DNA of 64,000 bases from an uncultured Gammaproteobacteria bacterium (GCA_964394855.1 CAYMZD010000002.1:131964-195963); one strand, 5' to 3'; counted from the first letter of the stretch, positions 46,804 to 56,793 are shown. Program-made: numbers and translations. The notes: generated by a model not told the origin, from the letters alone.

Positions 46804-47247
46804 TTATTTTAGCATTGCTTCTAACCTTTTGTCAAGGATTTGTGTATGAGCTGGTAATTTGCCATTTGTTCCACCATTAACTATTCTAATCCACTTCAGA
46901 TCTCCTCTTTGCAAAGGACACTCGACTCCGCCTCCTGGTTTTGGTAAAACACCATCCTCGTGAGTACAATGTCTTAATCCTGTAGGATCCATGTAGCGAC
47001 ATCTGATTACTCGTTTATCCTCTACTTGCTCGCAGGGCTGAATTAATCCACCGTTCTCAATAACTTGTCTTGCAGCCATTACAGCTGCGATTGGTGAGTA
47101 GATCGGCTGCGTTACCAATTGTCCATAGGGAAACCGATTCCAGCATTTACCATCCCATTCAAACATGGCTGTCTCGCCACTACTTGGATTAGTAGATAAC
47201 GCTCTTTCTCCTGGTTTATAAATTAATTCAGTTTTTTCTACTGGCAT
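46804..47247 (-). CDS. Hypothetical Cys/His-containing protein (147 aa from MPVEK start)
   Basis: SD GAAAGGAGG 7 nt upstream of ATG at 47247; ORF track version starts 6 codons earlier. Confidence 0.5.
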   Translation of the reverse strand: MPVEKTELIYKPGERALSTNPSSGETAMFEWDGKCWNRFPYGQLVTQPIYSPIAAVMAARQVIENGGLIQPCEQVEDKRVIRCRYMDPTGLRHCTHEDGVLPKPGGGVECPLQRGDLKWIRIVNGGTNGKLPAHTQILDKRLEAMLK

Positions 47248-47348
47248 AATTTTTCCTCCTTTCAAAAAGAATTAAATATGTAATTTCTTTTGCGGTTGGG
47301 CGAACGATGGTAATTCAACCCAACCGTATTTAAAGTTATCCTCGTCCA

Positions 47349-47747
47349 TTATCTTCTCATCCATCGAGGATTATGGTAAGTTCTTTTAACTTCTTGATAA
47401 TACCCTCCTTCATTTGGACCACCTAAGGTTCGTGCACGTTCAACATAAACCTTATCCCAGTAGGATATCCTGATAGGACGCTCACACAGAGTAACAGCGA
47501 GAATCGGCTGTTTTCCGTCTCCACCTTTTCTAAGTTTATCGGTAGCTCCTTTTCCTTCTTGAGTTAAACCAATAACCCTTCTACCTCCAACAGCCGGGCT
47601 TTCTACCACAAGAATTTGTCTGTTTTGTCTTGCTTCTATTCCGCTGACATCTACATATAATGGGCTTCCATCTAGCATGTGATATGGTCCAGTTTCATCT
47701 GGCACATCAGCAACTAATTGACCATTTATTCTTATTTCTGGTGACAT
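47349..47747 (-). CDS. Hypothetical protein (133 aa from MSPEIR start), first gene after T-box leader
   Basis: SD AAAGGAGGTGAG upstream of ATG at 47747. Confidence 0.5.
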   Translation of the reverse strand: MSPEIRINGQLVADVPDETGPYHMLDGSPLYVDVSGIEARQNRQILVVESPAVGGRRVIGLTQEGKGATDKLRKGGDGKQPILAVTLCERPIRISYWDKVYVERARTLGGPNEGGYYQEVKRTYHNPRWMRR

Positions 47748-47777
47748 ATCTCTCACCTCCTTTCAAATGTTGGCATT

Positions 47778-48036
47778 AAAAAACGCCCGTATCTCCTTTC
47801 CATTTCTGAAAAAGAAATACGGGCGATCTTTCGCGGTACCACCGTACTTTTGTACTTATCCTTGCTCCATACTTCGGCTTCGCTCAGTACGACACAAGTT
47901 TGTTCTATAACGGGAACTTCCCGTGCAAGACTACTTTTAGTTCACCTTGCCGGCTCATAGGGGAATCTTTCCTAATCAATGCCTTTGAATATTCAGTTGT
48001 AAATAAAGTATACCATAAAATTTTCATCTTGTCAAC
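47778..48036 (-). promoter_or_regulatory. T-box riboswitch leader with its promoter (minus strand)
   Basis: TTGACA(48035-48030)-17nt-TATACT(48012-48007); distal Stem I-like GUGAA/AGUAG motifs; T-box ACGGUGGUACCGCG (top 47832-47845); antiterminator A1 ACGG/CCGU, 7-nt bulge UGGUACC, A2 GCG/CGC; terminator GCCCGUAU-N24-AUACGGGC + U6 (47778-47824). Confidence 0.65.
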
Positions 48037-48067
48037 CTTATGCCGAGACTGTTATGATGCAGGAAGG

Positions 48068-49390
48068 ATGGAACGGACATTAATTTTAGATTGTAACAAT
48101 AAAATCGGTGAAAAAGTTAAAATTTGTGGCTGGGTTTGGACCCGCCGAGATCATGGCAAGATTTTATTCTTGGATGTGACTGACCGGTCTGGTTTAATTC
48201 AAGTAGTGGTAGAGGCAGCTAAAGCTCCTGATTTACATCCCCAAGATGTGGTATGCATTGAAGGCAAAGTCAACAAAAGGCCAGAGAATCTGGTGAATAA
48301 AAATATTCCTACAGGGGAAATTGAAATTTCTGCAGAATCTGTCGAAGTTTTATCCAAAGCTAAAGAGCTACCTTTTGACATGGGAAGACCAACTCTTAAT
48401 TTGGAACTACCCACTCTTTTGGACTGGCGCTCTCTTACTTTGCGCCATGCATCAGTCAAAGCCATTTTTAAAATAGAAGAGGTAGTTATCGATGCCTTTC
48501 GTCGAGCCCTACAGGCTAAAGATTTTGTGGAATTTCAAGCCCCAGCTATTATTCCATCAATACCTGAAGGCGGTTCAGAAGTATTTGCAGTGAAATATTT
48601 TAATCATCAAGTTTATTTATCCCAAAGCCCCCAACTTTATAAATCACTCTTAGTAGGAGTTTTTGAGAGGGTTTTTAGTGTTAATAAAGTATTTCGGGCA
48701 GAGCCTAGTGTAACTTCTACCCATATTACAGAATTTGTTAGTTTGGATGCCGAGTTTGGTTTTATAGACTCTTGGGAAGAAGTAAGAGATATGGCAGATT
48801 ATGTTATTAAATTTATCTTGAGAGAGGTAGGGGAAAAGTGCGCCAAGGAACTCGCTATGTTTAATGCAACAGTGCCAGCGGTAAGTGAAAAAATACCAAC
48901 CATCAAAATGAGAGAGGCGCAACAGATTATCTTTGAGCGGACCGGACGCGATTGTCGCCAAGAAAAAGATCTCTCTCCCGAGGATGAAAGAGAAATATGT
49001 AAGTGGGCCAAGGAAAACCAAAGCTCAGATTTGATATTTGTTTCTCATTATCCGACCAAATATAGACCGTTTTATACTTACCCAGATGAGGAAAATCCAG
49101 AATTTAATCAAGGATTTGATTTATTGGGACGGGGAAGGGAGTGGTTGACCGGTGGGAGAAGAATTAATGACTATGAAGTATTGATGGAGCATGTCAGGCA
49201 GTGGGGTGTAGATCCGGAAGAAATAAAATTATATTTGCAGGCTTTTGAATATGGTGTGCCCCCATTGGGAGGTTTTGCTTTTGGTGCCGAAAGAGTGACA
49301 ATGTTTATTTTAGGATTATCAAATATTCGTGAAGCTTCACTTTTTCCGCGAGATATGGAAAGGGTAGATATTAGATTGAATAAAGAATGA
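48068..49390 (+). CDS. Aspartyl/asparaginyl-tRNA synthetase, class IIb (archaeal/short type); start at MERTL with SD AGGAAGG
   Basis: N-terminal OB anticodon-binding domain, class II motifs 1-3 (FRAE..., GGFAFGAERV...). Confidence 0.8.
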   Translation: MERTLILDCNNKIGEKVKICGWVWTRRDHGKILFLDVTDRSGLIQVVVEAAKAPDLHPQDVVCIEGKVNKRPENLVNKNIPTGEIEISAESVEVLSKAKELPFDMGRPTLNLELPTLLDWRSLTLRHASVKAIFKIEEVVIDAFRRALQAKDFVEFQAPAIIPSIPEGGSEVFAVKYFNHQVYLSQSPQLYKSLLVGVFERVFSVNKVFRAEPSVTSTHITEFVSLDAEFGFIDSWEEVRDMADYVIKFILREVGEKCAKELAMFNATVPAVSEKIPTIKMREAQQIIFERTGRDCRQEKDLSPEDEREICKWAKENQSSDLIFVSHYPTKYRPFYTYPDEENPEFNQGFDLLGRGREWLTGGRRINDYEVLMEHVRQWGVDPEEIKLYLQAFEYGVPPLGGFAFGAERVTMFILGLSNIREASLFPRDMERVDIRLNKE

Positions 49391-50304
49391 AACCCCTTAT
49401 TATATCCTTATTGCTGATAATTTTTGCCACCCTGGTAATCACTACCCTATCTTTTCTGGTAGATTCTGCGGAAAATTTCTTAACAGGCGCATCAATCCCT
49501 AAAAATAATGCAGAGGTGGCTGGAGTGCAAAAATATAATATCCCCCCTATCTCAAAAAGTATTAACCCTCCACAATTTAGTGCCCGGGCTGTTTTGGCAA
49601 AAGATTTAGAAAGCAGCACCATACTTTTTGAAAAAAATTTAAAAACCAAACTTCCCATTGCCTCTACCACTAAAATAATGACAGCCTTGGTTAGTAGTGC
49701 CTATTTTGCTCAAAATGCTCCCCTGACAGTCAACAGTGGTGCCGGTATAATTGGTGCATCGGCCGGGTTTTTAAAAGGGGAAACATTATCGTTTAGGTCC
49801 TTGCTTTACGGCATGCTTTTAAACTCTGGCAATGATGCAGCCTACTCTATAGCTGAAAACTATCCTGGGGGAGTGACTGGTTTTGTGACGGCTATGAACC
49901 AAAAAGCCAAAGAGTTAAACTTACTTTATACCCATTTTGATAATCCGGCAGGTTTTGACAGCCCCAATCATTTTTCCTCTGCCGAGGATTTGGCCATTAT
50001 CACCCAGGAAGCTCTCAAAAATCCCCAATTGGCTAAAATTTTTGCCACCAAAGAGACAGAGGTTTCATCAATGGATAAAACTAAGACTCATTCCTTACGT
50101 AATTTAAATAAACTGTTATCTTCCGTGGTGGGAGTTTTGGGGGTGAAAACTGGTTATACCAAAGAAGCCAAGGAAAACCTAGTGGGGTTGGTGGAGAGAA
50201 ATAATCATCGCATTTTAACGGTTGTTTTGGGATCAAATGATCGGTTTGGAGAAACCAGCGCCCTGATAGAATGGGTTTATAAAAATTTTACTTGGTCGAA
50301 CTAA
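49387..50304 (+). CDS. D-alanyl-D-alanine carboxypeptidase (S11 peptidase, PBP5/6-like)
   Basis: SxxK ASTTK, SGN LNSGND, KTG VKTGYT. Confidence 0.75.
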   Translation: MKPLIISLLLIIFATLVITTLSFLVDSAENFLTGASIPKNNAEVAGVQKYNIPPISKSINPPQFSARAVLAKDLESSTILFEKNLKTKLPIASTTKIMTALVSSAYFAQNAPLTVNSGAGIIGASAGFLKGETLSFRSLLYGMLLNSGNDAAYSIAENYPGGVTGFVTAMNQKAKELNLLYTHFDNPAGFDSPNHFSSAEDLAIITQEALKNPQLAKIFATKETEVSSMDKTKTHSLRNLNKLLSSVVGVLGVKTGYTKEAKENLVGLVERNNHRILTVVLGSNDRFGETSALIEWVYKNFTWSN

Positions 50305-51367
50305 TGTATTCTTCTTTAATGGCTCCCACATAAGCCACAAACCTAGGACCCTCAAATACAAAAACAGGTTGTAAATATGGAGTATAGCTTTCCTGCTCGA
50401 AATAAGCCAAATACACCGCAGTGATAGAAACTTGGGGCAGAGGAGGTTGGATAATCACCACCCCCTTACCTAATTTTAAATCTTCAAAAGCTTGAGTAGC
50501 TTCTTTTAAGGGATATGTGGCAAAAGTTTTGATATCAACGGGCCAAAAGGTGTACTCTAGAGATTGGTAGTTTTCCAGTAGTCGGGCAGATTTTAAAACA
50601 GTCCCTACTACCAAAGCATCATTAAATTTGGGGGTGACAATAGGTAATTTATTAATATTCTCTGGCCAAAGAGAAAGAGTTTTTAGGTTATTATCTAAAG
50701 AGAGATTGATTACTTTAGCTTGGGATGGACGCAACTCGTCTTTTAACAAGCCTTTGGAAAGAAGAAACTCCTTAAAGTTCTCACCAAGAGTTTTATCATC
50801 TTCTGCTGGCTCGGCAGAGGAACTAGCTTCAGCTAAATAGATAAAATTACCAGTATCTAAATCTATGTCTAGAATTCTGGACCCGTCTTGATAACGGTAT
50901 TTGACTTCAGTTAAAATTTCCGGCGGATTGGTAAAGTTAAATTTGGCGGCTTGATTATTGGCTTTATCCCCGGAGAGTAAAGTGGCTGTAGGTTTAGGCA
51001 TAAAATAAACTTTAGTAAGTTTGGGAAAAGTGGGCAGTCCTCCTGTTGTGGTATCAAGTGAGTAAGAAAAATTTGAGCTGGTCACATTTACCGGTGGAAA
51101 AGATGGCTGTGGTAGGGTGCCAAATTTAGTATCTGGTTGTTCCAGCTTGGGGGGGAGTGAGGCAATATAGCGACTATACCAAATTTGATAACCAATAAAG
51201 CCAGTTATTCCCAAAAAAATAACTATCACCAGGGATAAGATAAAACGTTTGGTTAGTTGAGCAGCTTGAGTCAGTGTCACACAATAATTATACAGGAAAT
51301 TCATGTATAATATGGGCATGGAAGTTAAAACTCGCTTTGCTCCTTCCCCAACCGGATTGATGCACAT
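50288..51367 (-). CDS. Hypothetical membrane-anchored protein (359 aa)
   Basis: single N-terminal TM, no motifs. Confidence 0.4.
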   Translation of the reverse strand: MCINPVGEGAKRVLTSMPILYMNFLYNYCVTLTQAAQLTKRFILSLVIVIFLGITGFIGYQIWYSRYIASLPPKLEQPDTKFGTLPQPSFPPVNVTSSNFSYSLDTTTGGLPTFPKLTKVYFMPKPTATLLSGDKANNQAAKFNFTNPPEILTEVKYRYQDGSRILDIDLDTGNFIYLAEASSSAEPAEDDKTLGENFKEFLLSKGLLKDELRPSQAKVINLSLDNNLKTLSLWPENINKLPIVTPKFNDALVVGTVLKSARLLENYQSLEYTFWPVDIKTFATYPLKEATQAFEDLKLGKGVVIIQPPLPQVSITAVYLAYFEQESYTPYLQPVFVFEGPRFVAYVGAIKEEYISSTK

Positions 51368-52598
51368 TGGATCAATTCGAACTGCCCTTTATGCGTATTT
51401 AGTGGCTAAAAAAGCCAGTGGCACTTTTTCTTTAAGGATAGAAGATACCGATCAAACACGTTTGGTAGAAGGTTCAGCAGAGGATATTGTGTCCACTTTA
51501 AAATGGCTGGGTTTGCAATTTAATGGAGAAATAATTTATCAGTCGAAAAGACTGGATATTTATAAGGAGCATGCCAAAAAGTTGCTGGAAGAAGATTTTG
51601 CTTATGAAAAAGATGGAGCTGTGTGGTTTAAAACTAAAAAAGAGGATAAAACTTCTCTAACTGATTTGGTGGGCCAAAGAGTTATAGAATTTCAAAACGC
51701 CACCCAAGATGATTTTGTGATTTTAAAATCTGATGGCTTTCCCACATATCATCTTGCACATGTAGTTGATGATCATTTAATGGAAACAAATCCAGTGATA
51801 AGGGGAGCAGAATGGATCTCATCCATCCCCAAACATGTCATGCTTTTTGAGGCTTTTGGCTGGCCGCTACCGCAATATGCCCATTTGCCGATTATTTTAG
51901 GGCCTGATAAATCAAAACTGTCCAAAAGACACGGGGCAAAGCCGGCTTCAGAATTTAGAAAAGATGGGTTTTTGCCGGAGGCAGTATTAAATTATATGGC
52001 CCTGTTGGGTTGGACTCCTCCTTCCGGAAAAGAAATTTTATCTCTTCCGGAAATGATTGAGGAATTTGATCTGGCAGATGTCCACATTACCAACCCTGTT
52101 TTTGATATTACCAAGTTGGAATGGATGAATGGGGAATATATTAGGAAAATGTCAGACGGAGAATTAACAAAAAGACTGCAGGAGTGTTTGGTGGACCACC
52201 CGCAAAAGGATAAAATTGCCCCTGTTGCACCTTTTATAAAAGAAAGGATTAAAAAACTATCTGATTTTGTACCACTCACTGACTTTCTTTGGGAAAAACC
52301 AGAGTATGACAGTGAAGTTTTCAAAAAATTAAAAATTTCTGATAAAAATAAAGTCTTACAAATGGTGTTGGAGAAAATGCTAGAGTTAGAAAAACCATGG
52401 CAGGCAGAAACTTTTGAAAAAGCTTTTAAGAGTCTGGCAGAGGAGCTGGGAATAAAACCGGGTGATTTATTTCAGTTAATCCGAGTGGCGGTTTCCGGAC
52501 AATTGGTTACCCCTCCTCTTTTTGCAAGTATTAAAATTTTAGAAGAGGAAGAAACTTTACAAAGAATAAAAAGGGCCTTGAATTTCCTGCAAGAGTAA
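51318..52598 (+). CDS. gltX: Glutamyl-tRNA synthetase (start at MEVKTRF; ORF opens at 51303)
   Basis: HIGS and KLSKR class I motifs; RFAPSPTG. Confidence 0.85.
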   Translation: MEVKTRFAPSPTGLMHIGSIRTALYAYLVAKKASGTFSLRIEDTDQTRLVEGSAEDIVSTLKWLGLQFNGEIIYQSKRLDIYKEHAKKLLEEDFAYEKDGAVWFKTKKEDKTSLTDLVGQRVIEFQNATQDDFVILKSDGFPTYHLAHVVDDHLMETNPVIRGAEWISSIPKHVMLFEAFGWPLPQYAHLPIILGPDKSKLSKRHGAKPASEFRKDGFLPEAVLNYMALLGWTPPSGKEILSLPEMIEEFDLADVHITNPVFDITKLEWMNGEYIRKMSDGELTKRLQECLVDHPQKDKIAPVAPFIKERIKKLSDFVPLTDFLWEKPEYDSEVFKKLKISDKNKVLQMVLEKMLELEKPWQAETFEKAFKSLAEELGIKPGDLFQLIRVAVSGQLVTPPLFASIKILEEEETLQRIKRALNFLQE

Positions 52599-52613
52599 CT
52601 TATAATTTAGCAC

Positions 52614-52907
52614 ATGGAAGATGTTGCTAAGTTCAAGATGATTATTGTATTGGGATTGGTGGTTGTGGGACTGGTAGTAGGATATGTCATATTTACTCAA
52701 AGATTTGCCAGTACACAGTCTTTACCTAACAGGCCGGTTCAACAAATAGATCAGGTGACACCTTCTCCCACACCAGAAACTTTAGGTCAACAAGCACCTG
52801 CTGCAACAAAAACACTGCCCAAAACCGGTTTCCCCATAGGGCTTTTAGGAATCTTTGCCACATCTGCTGCCATCTCTGGCTATTTCCTGCGCCAATTTCC
52901 CCGCTAA
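52614..52907 (+). CDS. Small LPXTG-type cell-wall-anchor protein (N-terminal TM, LPKTG, hydrophobic stretch, RQFPR tail)
   Basis: Sortase sorting signal architecture. Confidence 0.5.
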   Translation: MEDVAKFKMIIVLGLVVVGLVVGYVIFTQRFASTQSLPNRPVQQIDQVTPSPTPETLGQQAPAATKTLPKTGFPIGLLGIFATSAAISGYFLRQFPR

Positions 52908-53707
52908 AGAAGGTGGTTTTGAAAGATGAAATCTGCCATCTCGCGGCTTAAAAAAATTATTCCATTGGGTGAAGGATGGATATGGTCGGTATCTGAAATA
53001 TATTCCAACTTGGTATCTCCATTTTTATCTAAAGATTTTTCATAAACATTAATAACGGGAATCTGATTTTTTTGGGCAAAGTCAAGATGGTTTTTAATAT
53101 AAGCAATTCTCTCATTTGCCCACTGTATTCTTTTTTCCGGAGATAAATCTACAGCTCGGTAAGCATATAATTTTTTATTAGGTCCTAACGTCCCCACAAA
53201 AATAATTTTGGCTCTGGGACCCCCCTTTTTAATAGTAGCAACTGCTTTTTCCAGAGCTTGCGTTTGTTTTTGCAAACCTTCCTGCAAGGGAAAATCCGAC
53301 AAAGGATTGTGACCAAAAGATTCTATGAGTAGGACATCAAAATCTATATCCAAAATAGGTCTAAATTCTCTTCCATGAAAAGTTTTCTCTTCTAATCTTT
53401 TCTGCAGGGATAAGATATTAGTAGAACCAAAACCGTAATTTAGAACCTCAAAAGTTTTATCTGGATAATAATTTTTTAGGTAGGTTCGGAGTTCATCACT
53501 ATTACCCAAATATTCGGTCATGGAATCACCCACTAAAACAATAGTAAAATCCTGCGGGTATTTAACTTTTGTTTTCCCCTGTACCTCTATCAGAGTTGGT
53601 TTGGTGGAATTTTCTTTTTTAGGATTGGGAAGAAGATGAATGGTAAATAAAGTGAGACCCAAAATAGCTAAAGGTATCAATCCTACCCCAATCTTTTGCA
53701 GTGGCAT
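52904..53707 (-). CDS. SGNH/GDSL-family hydrolase
   Basis: GDSMTEY block I, signal peptide, DxxH near C-terminus. Confidence 0.6.
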   Translation of the reverse strand: MPLQKIGVGLIPLAILGLTLFTIHLLPNPKKENSTKPTLIEVQGKTKVKYPQDFTIVLVGDSMTEYLGNSDELRTYLKNYYPDKTFEVLNYGFGSTNILSLQKRLEEKTFHGREFRPILDIDFDVLLIESFGHNPLSDFPLQEGLQKQTQALEKAVATIKKGGPRAKIIFVGTLGPNKKLYAYRAVDLSPEKRIQWANERIAYIKNHLDFAQKNQIPVINVYEKSLDKNGDTKLEYISDTDHIHPSPNGIIFLSREMADFIFQNHLL

Positions 53708-53796
53708 GGCAATTTATTATGACATATTTATAAAGACTCTAAAATGTTGCAAACATACACCTGGGGGGTGGACTAGGTAGACACCTAGGGATTTTG

Positions 53797-53867
53797 CTGC
53801 GGGACTAGGATTTGAACCTAGATAAACAGATCCAGAGTCTGTTGTCCTACCATTAGACGATCCCGCA
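53797..53867 (-). tRNA. tRNA-Gln (anticodon CUG), CCA not encoded
   Basis: Minus-strand cloverleaf: acceptor UGCGGGA/UCCCGCA (U1-A72 as in bacterial tRNA-Gln), anticodon stem ACAGA/UCUGU, loop CUCUGGA, T arm CTAGG-TTCAAAT-CCTAG, discriminator G. Confidence 0.8.
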
Positions 53868-53925
53868 ATACCCATAGATTATACCTAAGATATGCTATTT
53901 AATCTACTAATGCTATGATGAGGGT

Positions 53926-55407
53926 GTGTTCAAGCTAAAAAAGATTCACTTAATTTTATTAGCCCTGATACTTTTAATTGCCCTATTTTTTCGCACTTTT
54001 CAAATAGTGGAAAGGTTTGAATTTGCTCATGATGGAGATTTGTATTCTTGGATTGTGAAAGACATGGTGGTGGATGGACATTTTCGTTTAATTGGTCAGC
54101 TCACAACCGCTCCCGGAGTTTTTATTGGCCCTTTTTTTTACTACCTGTTAATTCCATTTTTTCTTTTAACCAAGATGGATCCTATTGGCGGTCTTATTCC
54201 CATAACTTTCTTGGGACTTTTGACGGTTTTTAGTTATTATTTCTGTTTTTCCAGACTTTTTTCTAAACAGGTAGGACTGATTGCAGCATTTTTACACGCC
54301 GTACTTTTATCACCAGTCATTTTTGATAGAGCGGTTGTTCCATCTACCCCCACTCATCTGTGGATGATTTGGTATTTTTATACAGTCATTTCTCTTGTCA
54401 GGGGTAATTTCAAAGTTTTACCTATTTTGGGGGTGTTAATAGGTCTTATTTGGCATATCCATGTGGCCCTTTTCCCGCCACTTTTGGCAGTACCGGTGGC
54501 TTTGATTTTAGCCAAAAAGCTTCCCCCTAAAGATGAAATTTTAAAGTTTATAATTTTACTGCTTGTTACCTCTCTACCCCTGCTGGGTTTTGAAATAAAA
54601 CACTATTTTTCTCAAACCGTGAGCTTAATCCATAATTTATCGATTAATCAAGGTGGAGGCCAAGGAGTAGAAAAATTAAACTTAATTTTAATTTATTTGG
54701 GAAGAAATATCTCAAGGTTATTTTTATATCCTCAGATGCTGCCCGAAATTACCTGGAGGGCTTGGTTTTTCATTATTTTGCTGCCACTGATTTTTTTTGT
54801 GCAAAGAAAAATTTTGGCAACAAAAGAGGTTTTGGTACTTTTGCTGTGGATGGGAGGAGTAATTGGTTTTTACAGTCTTTCCTCAACAGTTATTTCCGAA
54901 TACTACTTTACCAATCTGGAAGTCATTTTTATGATGATTGTCAGTTTGAGTTTGGTAAAACTTATTAATTTGGGAAAATGGTGGAAAGTGGCTATATTTG
55001 CCCTTTTGGGAATATTACTTTTAAAAAATCTCTATTTTTTTATCACCCAACCCATTTACAAAAAGGGTTATCTTGAAAGAAAAGCTGTTGCAGAGTTTAT
55101 TACCCGGGACAGCCAGAAAAGAGGTTTTCCCTGTGTGGCTGTTTCTTACATTACTCCTCCAGGAGAAAATGTCGGTTTTAGGTATATGTTTTGGTTAAAT
55201 CGCTTACATGTTAATCAGCCCTTTTCTGGTTCCCCTGTTTATACTATTGTTTTTCCGGCGGATTTAGCCCGAGGTGCTATAGATGAGCAGTATGGTCAAA
55301 TTGGGGTGATCCTTCCAGAAAATGTACCTTCTGTTGAAAAAATCAAATTTAGCTGCTCTGGCGCAAATTCTAACCTGACAGATCCTTTATTTGGATTTCC
55401 CAAATAA
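53926..55407 (+). CDS. GT-C-fold membrane glycosyltransferase (ArnT/PMT-like)
   Basis: 493 aa polytopic membrane protein similar in architecture to 23893 and 29601 genes. Confidence 0.55.
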   Translation: MFKLKKIHLILLALILLIALFFRTFQIVERFEFAHDGDLYSWIVKDMVVDGHFRLIGQLTTAPGVFIGPFFYYLLIPFFLLTKMDPIGGLIPITFLGLLTVFSYYFCFSRLFSKQVGLIAAFLHAVLLSPVIFDRAVVPSTPTHLWMIWYFYTVISLVRGNFKVLPILGVLIGLIWHIHVALFPPLLAVPVALILAKKLPPKDEILKFIILLLVTSLPLLGFEIKHYFSQTVSLIHNLSINQGGGQGVEKLNLILIYLGRNISRLFLYPQMLPEITWRAWFFIILLPLIFFVQRKILATKEVLVLLLWMGGVIGFYSLSSTVISEYYFTNLEVIFMMIVSLSLVKLINLGKWWKVAIFALLGILLLKNLYFFITQPIYKKGYLERKAVAEFITRDSQKRGFPCVAVSYITPPGENVGFRYMFWLNRLHVNQPFSGSPVYTIVFPADLARGAIDEQYGQIGVILPENVPSVEKIKFSCSGANSNLTDPLFGFPK

Positions 55408-55415
55408 CCACAAAA

Positions 55416-55440
55416 AATCCCGCACGAAGCGGGATTTCTT
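55416..55440 (+). terminator. Intrinsic terminator AATCCCGC-ACGAA-GCGGGATT + TTCTT
   Basis: 8-bp GC-rich stem immediately after stop codon. Confidence 0.5.
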
Positions 55441-55543
55441 GAAAACCTGTGGTTTAAAACAGGTAGTTACTTTATAACAATGTTTACCACCAGTCGTCAA
55501 CTATGATAAAGTAGATCAAAAGTATTCATGATACAATAAGAGT

Positions 55544-56257
55544 ATGGTGGAAGTAACCCTAGGCCTAGCCTTTTTAGCAGGACTAACTTCTTTCTTTGCT
55601 CCTTGTGTGACAGTTTTAGTGCCGGCTTTTCTATCACATATGGCAGGAGTTAGTTTGTCAGATGTAGAAGGGTATAAGAGAAGACAAACTAAGATCTTTT
55701 TAAACACCATTTTTTTCATTATTGGTTTTACCGCTGTCTTTGTGTTGCTGGGTGCATCACTGGGCTTTTTATCCGTCTTGATACGTGATTTTCAAATATG
55801 GCTAGGTAGGATTGGGGGATTGGTAATAATTTATTTGGGTTTGGCTTCCCTGAAACTTACTCCCTCTCCATTTGCCAGGTTGCACGCGGGGTTGCCTGTT
55901 AGAAATTCGGTAGGGTATTTATCGTCAATATTAGTGGGGTCTGCCTTTGCCATTGCCTGGACACCATGCGTGGGACCCATTTTAGCGGCCATTTTGGTAT
56001 TGGCAGGTACCAGCGCATCTTTAACTTCTGGTATAATCTTGCTGCTAGTCTATTCTTTTGGCTTGATGATACCGTTTTTAATAGTAGGTATGTTTACATC
56101 CAGCGCCTCTCAATTTTTATCAGTTCACCCTAAGTTAATCAACACCATCAGTCTGATTGGTGGGATAATTTTGATTATTTTGGGAATTCTTGTATTCACC
56201 AACAACTTTGCTTTGCTGGTTGCTAAATTATATTTTTTAAGTCCATTTAGACTATGA
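55544..56257 (+). CDS. ccdA: Cytochrome c-type biogenesis/thiol-disulfide transporter CcdA (DsbD core)
   Basis: Two conserved Cys in TM1/TM4 (FFAPCVTVLVPAF...WTPCVGP). Confidence 0.75.
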   Translation: MVEVTLGLAFLAGLTSFFAPCVTVLVPAFLSHMAGVSLSDVEGYKRRQTKIFLNTIFFIIGFTAVFVLLGASLGFLSVLIRDFQIWLGRIGGLVIIYLGLASLKLTPSPFARLHAGLPVRNSVGYLSSILVGSAFAIAWTPCVGPILAAILVLAGTSASLTSGIILLLVYSFGLMIPFLIVGMFTSSASQFLSVHPKLINTISLIGGIILIILGILVFTNNFALLVAKLYFLSPFRL

Positions 56258-56793
56258 AGAACAAGAATATTATTTTAATCATTGTGGGAGTTGTCATAGT
56301 TGGGGCAATTTTAGTTCTGACCAATCCTTTTAAGAAACAACAATCGCCCTTTGTGCCCACCAATGGTTCGACAAGCTCTGCGCAAGTGGCAGATTTTGAA
56401 CTGGAGAGTTTTGCGGGAGAAAAAATTAAACTGTCCCAGTTTGCCGGCCAACCCATCTTTATTGATTTTTGGGCGGCTTGGTGTCCGTTTTGTATTGAAG
56501 AAATGACGGAGATTGAAAAGATTCATCAGGAATTTCCCCAGCTAGTGATTTTGGGGATTCACAGATCTGAAACAGAAGGAGTAGATGTGGGTACAAAATT
56601 TGCCAAGGAAAGAGGGGTGAAGTATCCCTTACTGAAGGATTTAACAGGAGAGGTTTATAAAACCTTAACAGGCGGACGCCAGTTTATGCCCTATGCTCTT
56701 TTTATAGATAAAGCAGGTCAAATAGTTAAAGTAAAGGCGGGTCCCAAGACTGCCGAGGAGATGCGCCAGATTGTCAAGGAGCTTGTGCCATGA
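56254..56793 (+). CDS. TlpA/ResA-like thioredoxin-fold thiol-disulfide oxidoreductase
   Basis: N-terminal TM, WCPFC active site. Confidence 0.75.
   Translation: MKNKNIILIIVGVVIVGAILVLTNPFKKQQSPFVPTNGSTSSAQVADFELESFAGEKIKLSQFAGQPIFIDFWAAWCPFCIEEMTEIEKIHQEFPQLVILGIHRSETEGVDVGTKFAKERGVKYPLLKDLTGEVYKTLTGGRQFMPYALFIDKAGQIVKVKAGPKTAEEMRQIVKELVP

Noticed and set aside
46358-47747. Shared SD variants AAAGGGGGTG / AAAGGAGGTGAG on five small minus-strand genes (14899, 36516, 46591, 47247, 47747)
   Set aside because: A strong SD is simply the canonical anti-SD complement, so the shared sequence does not by itself indicate a common origin. It is noted only as support for those gene calls.
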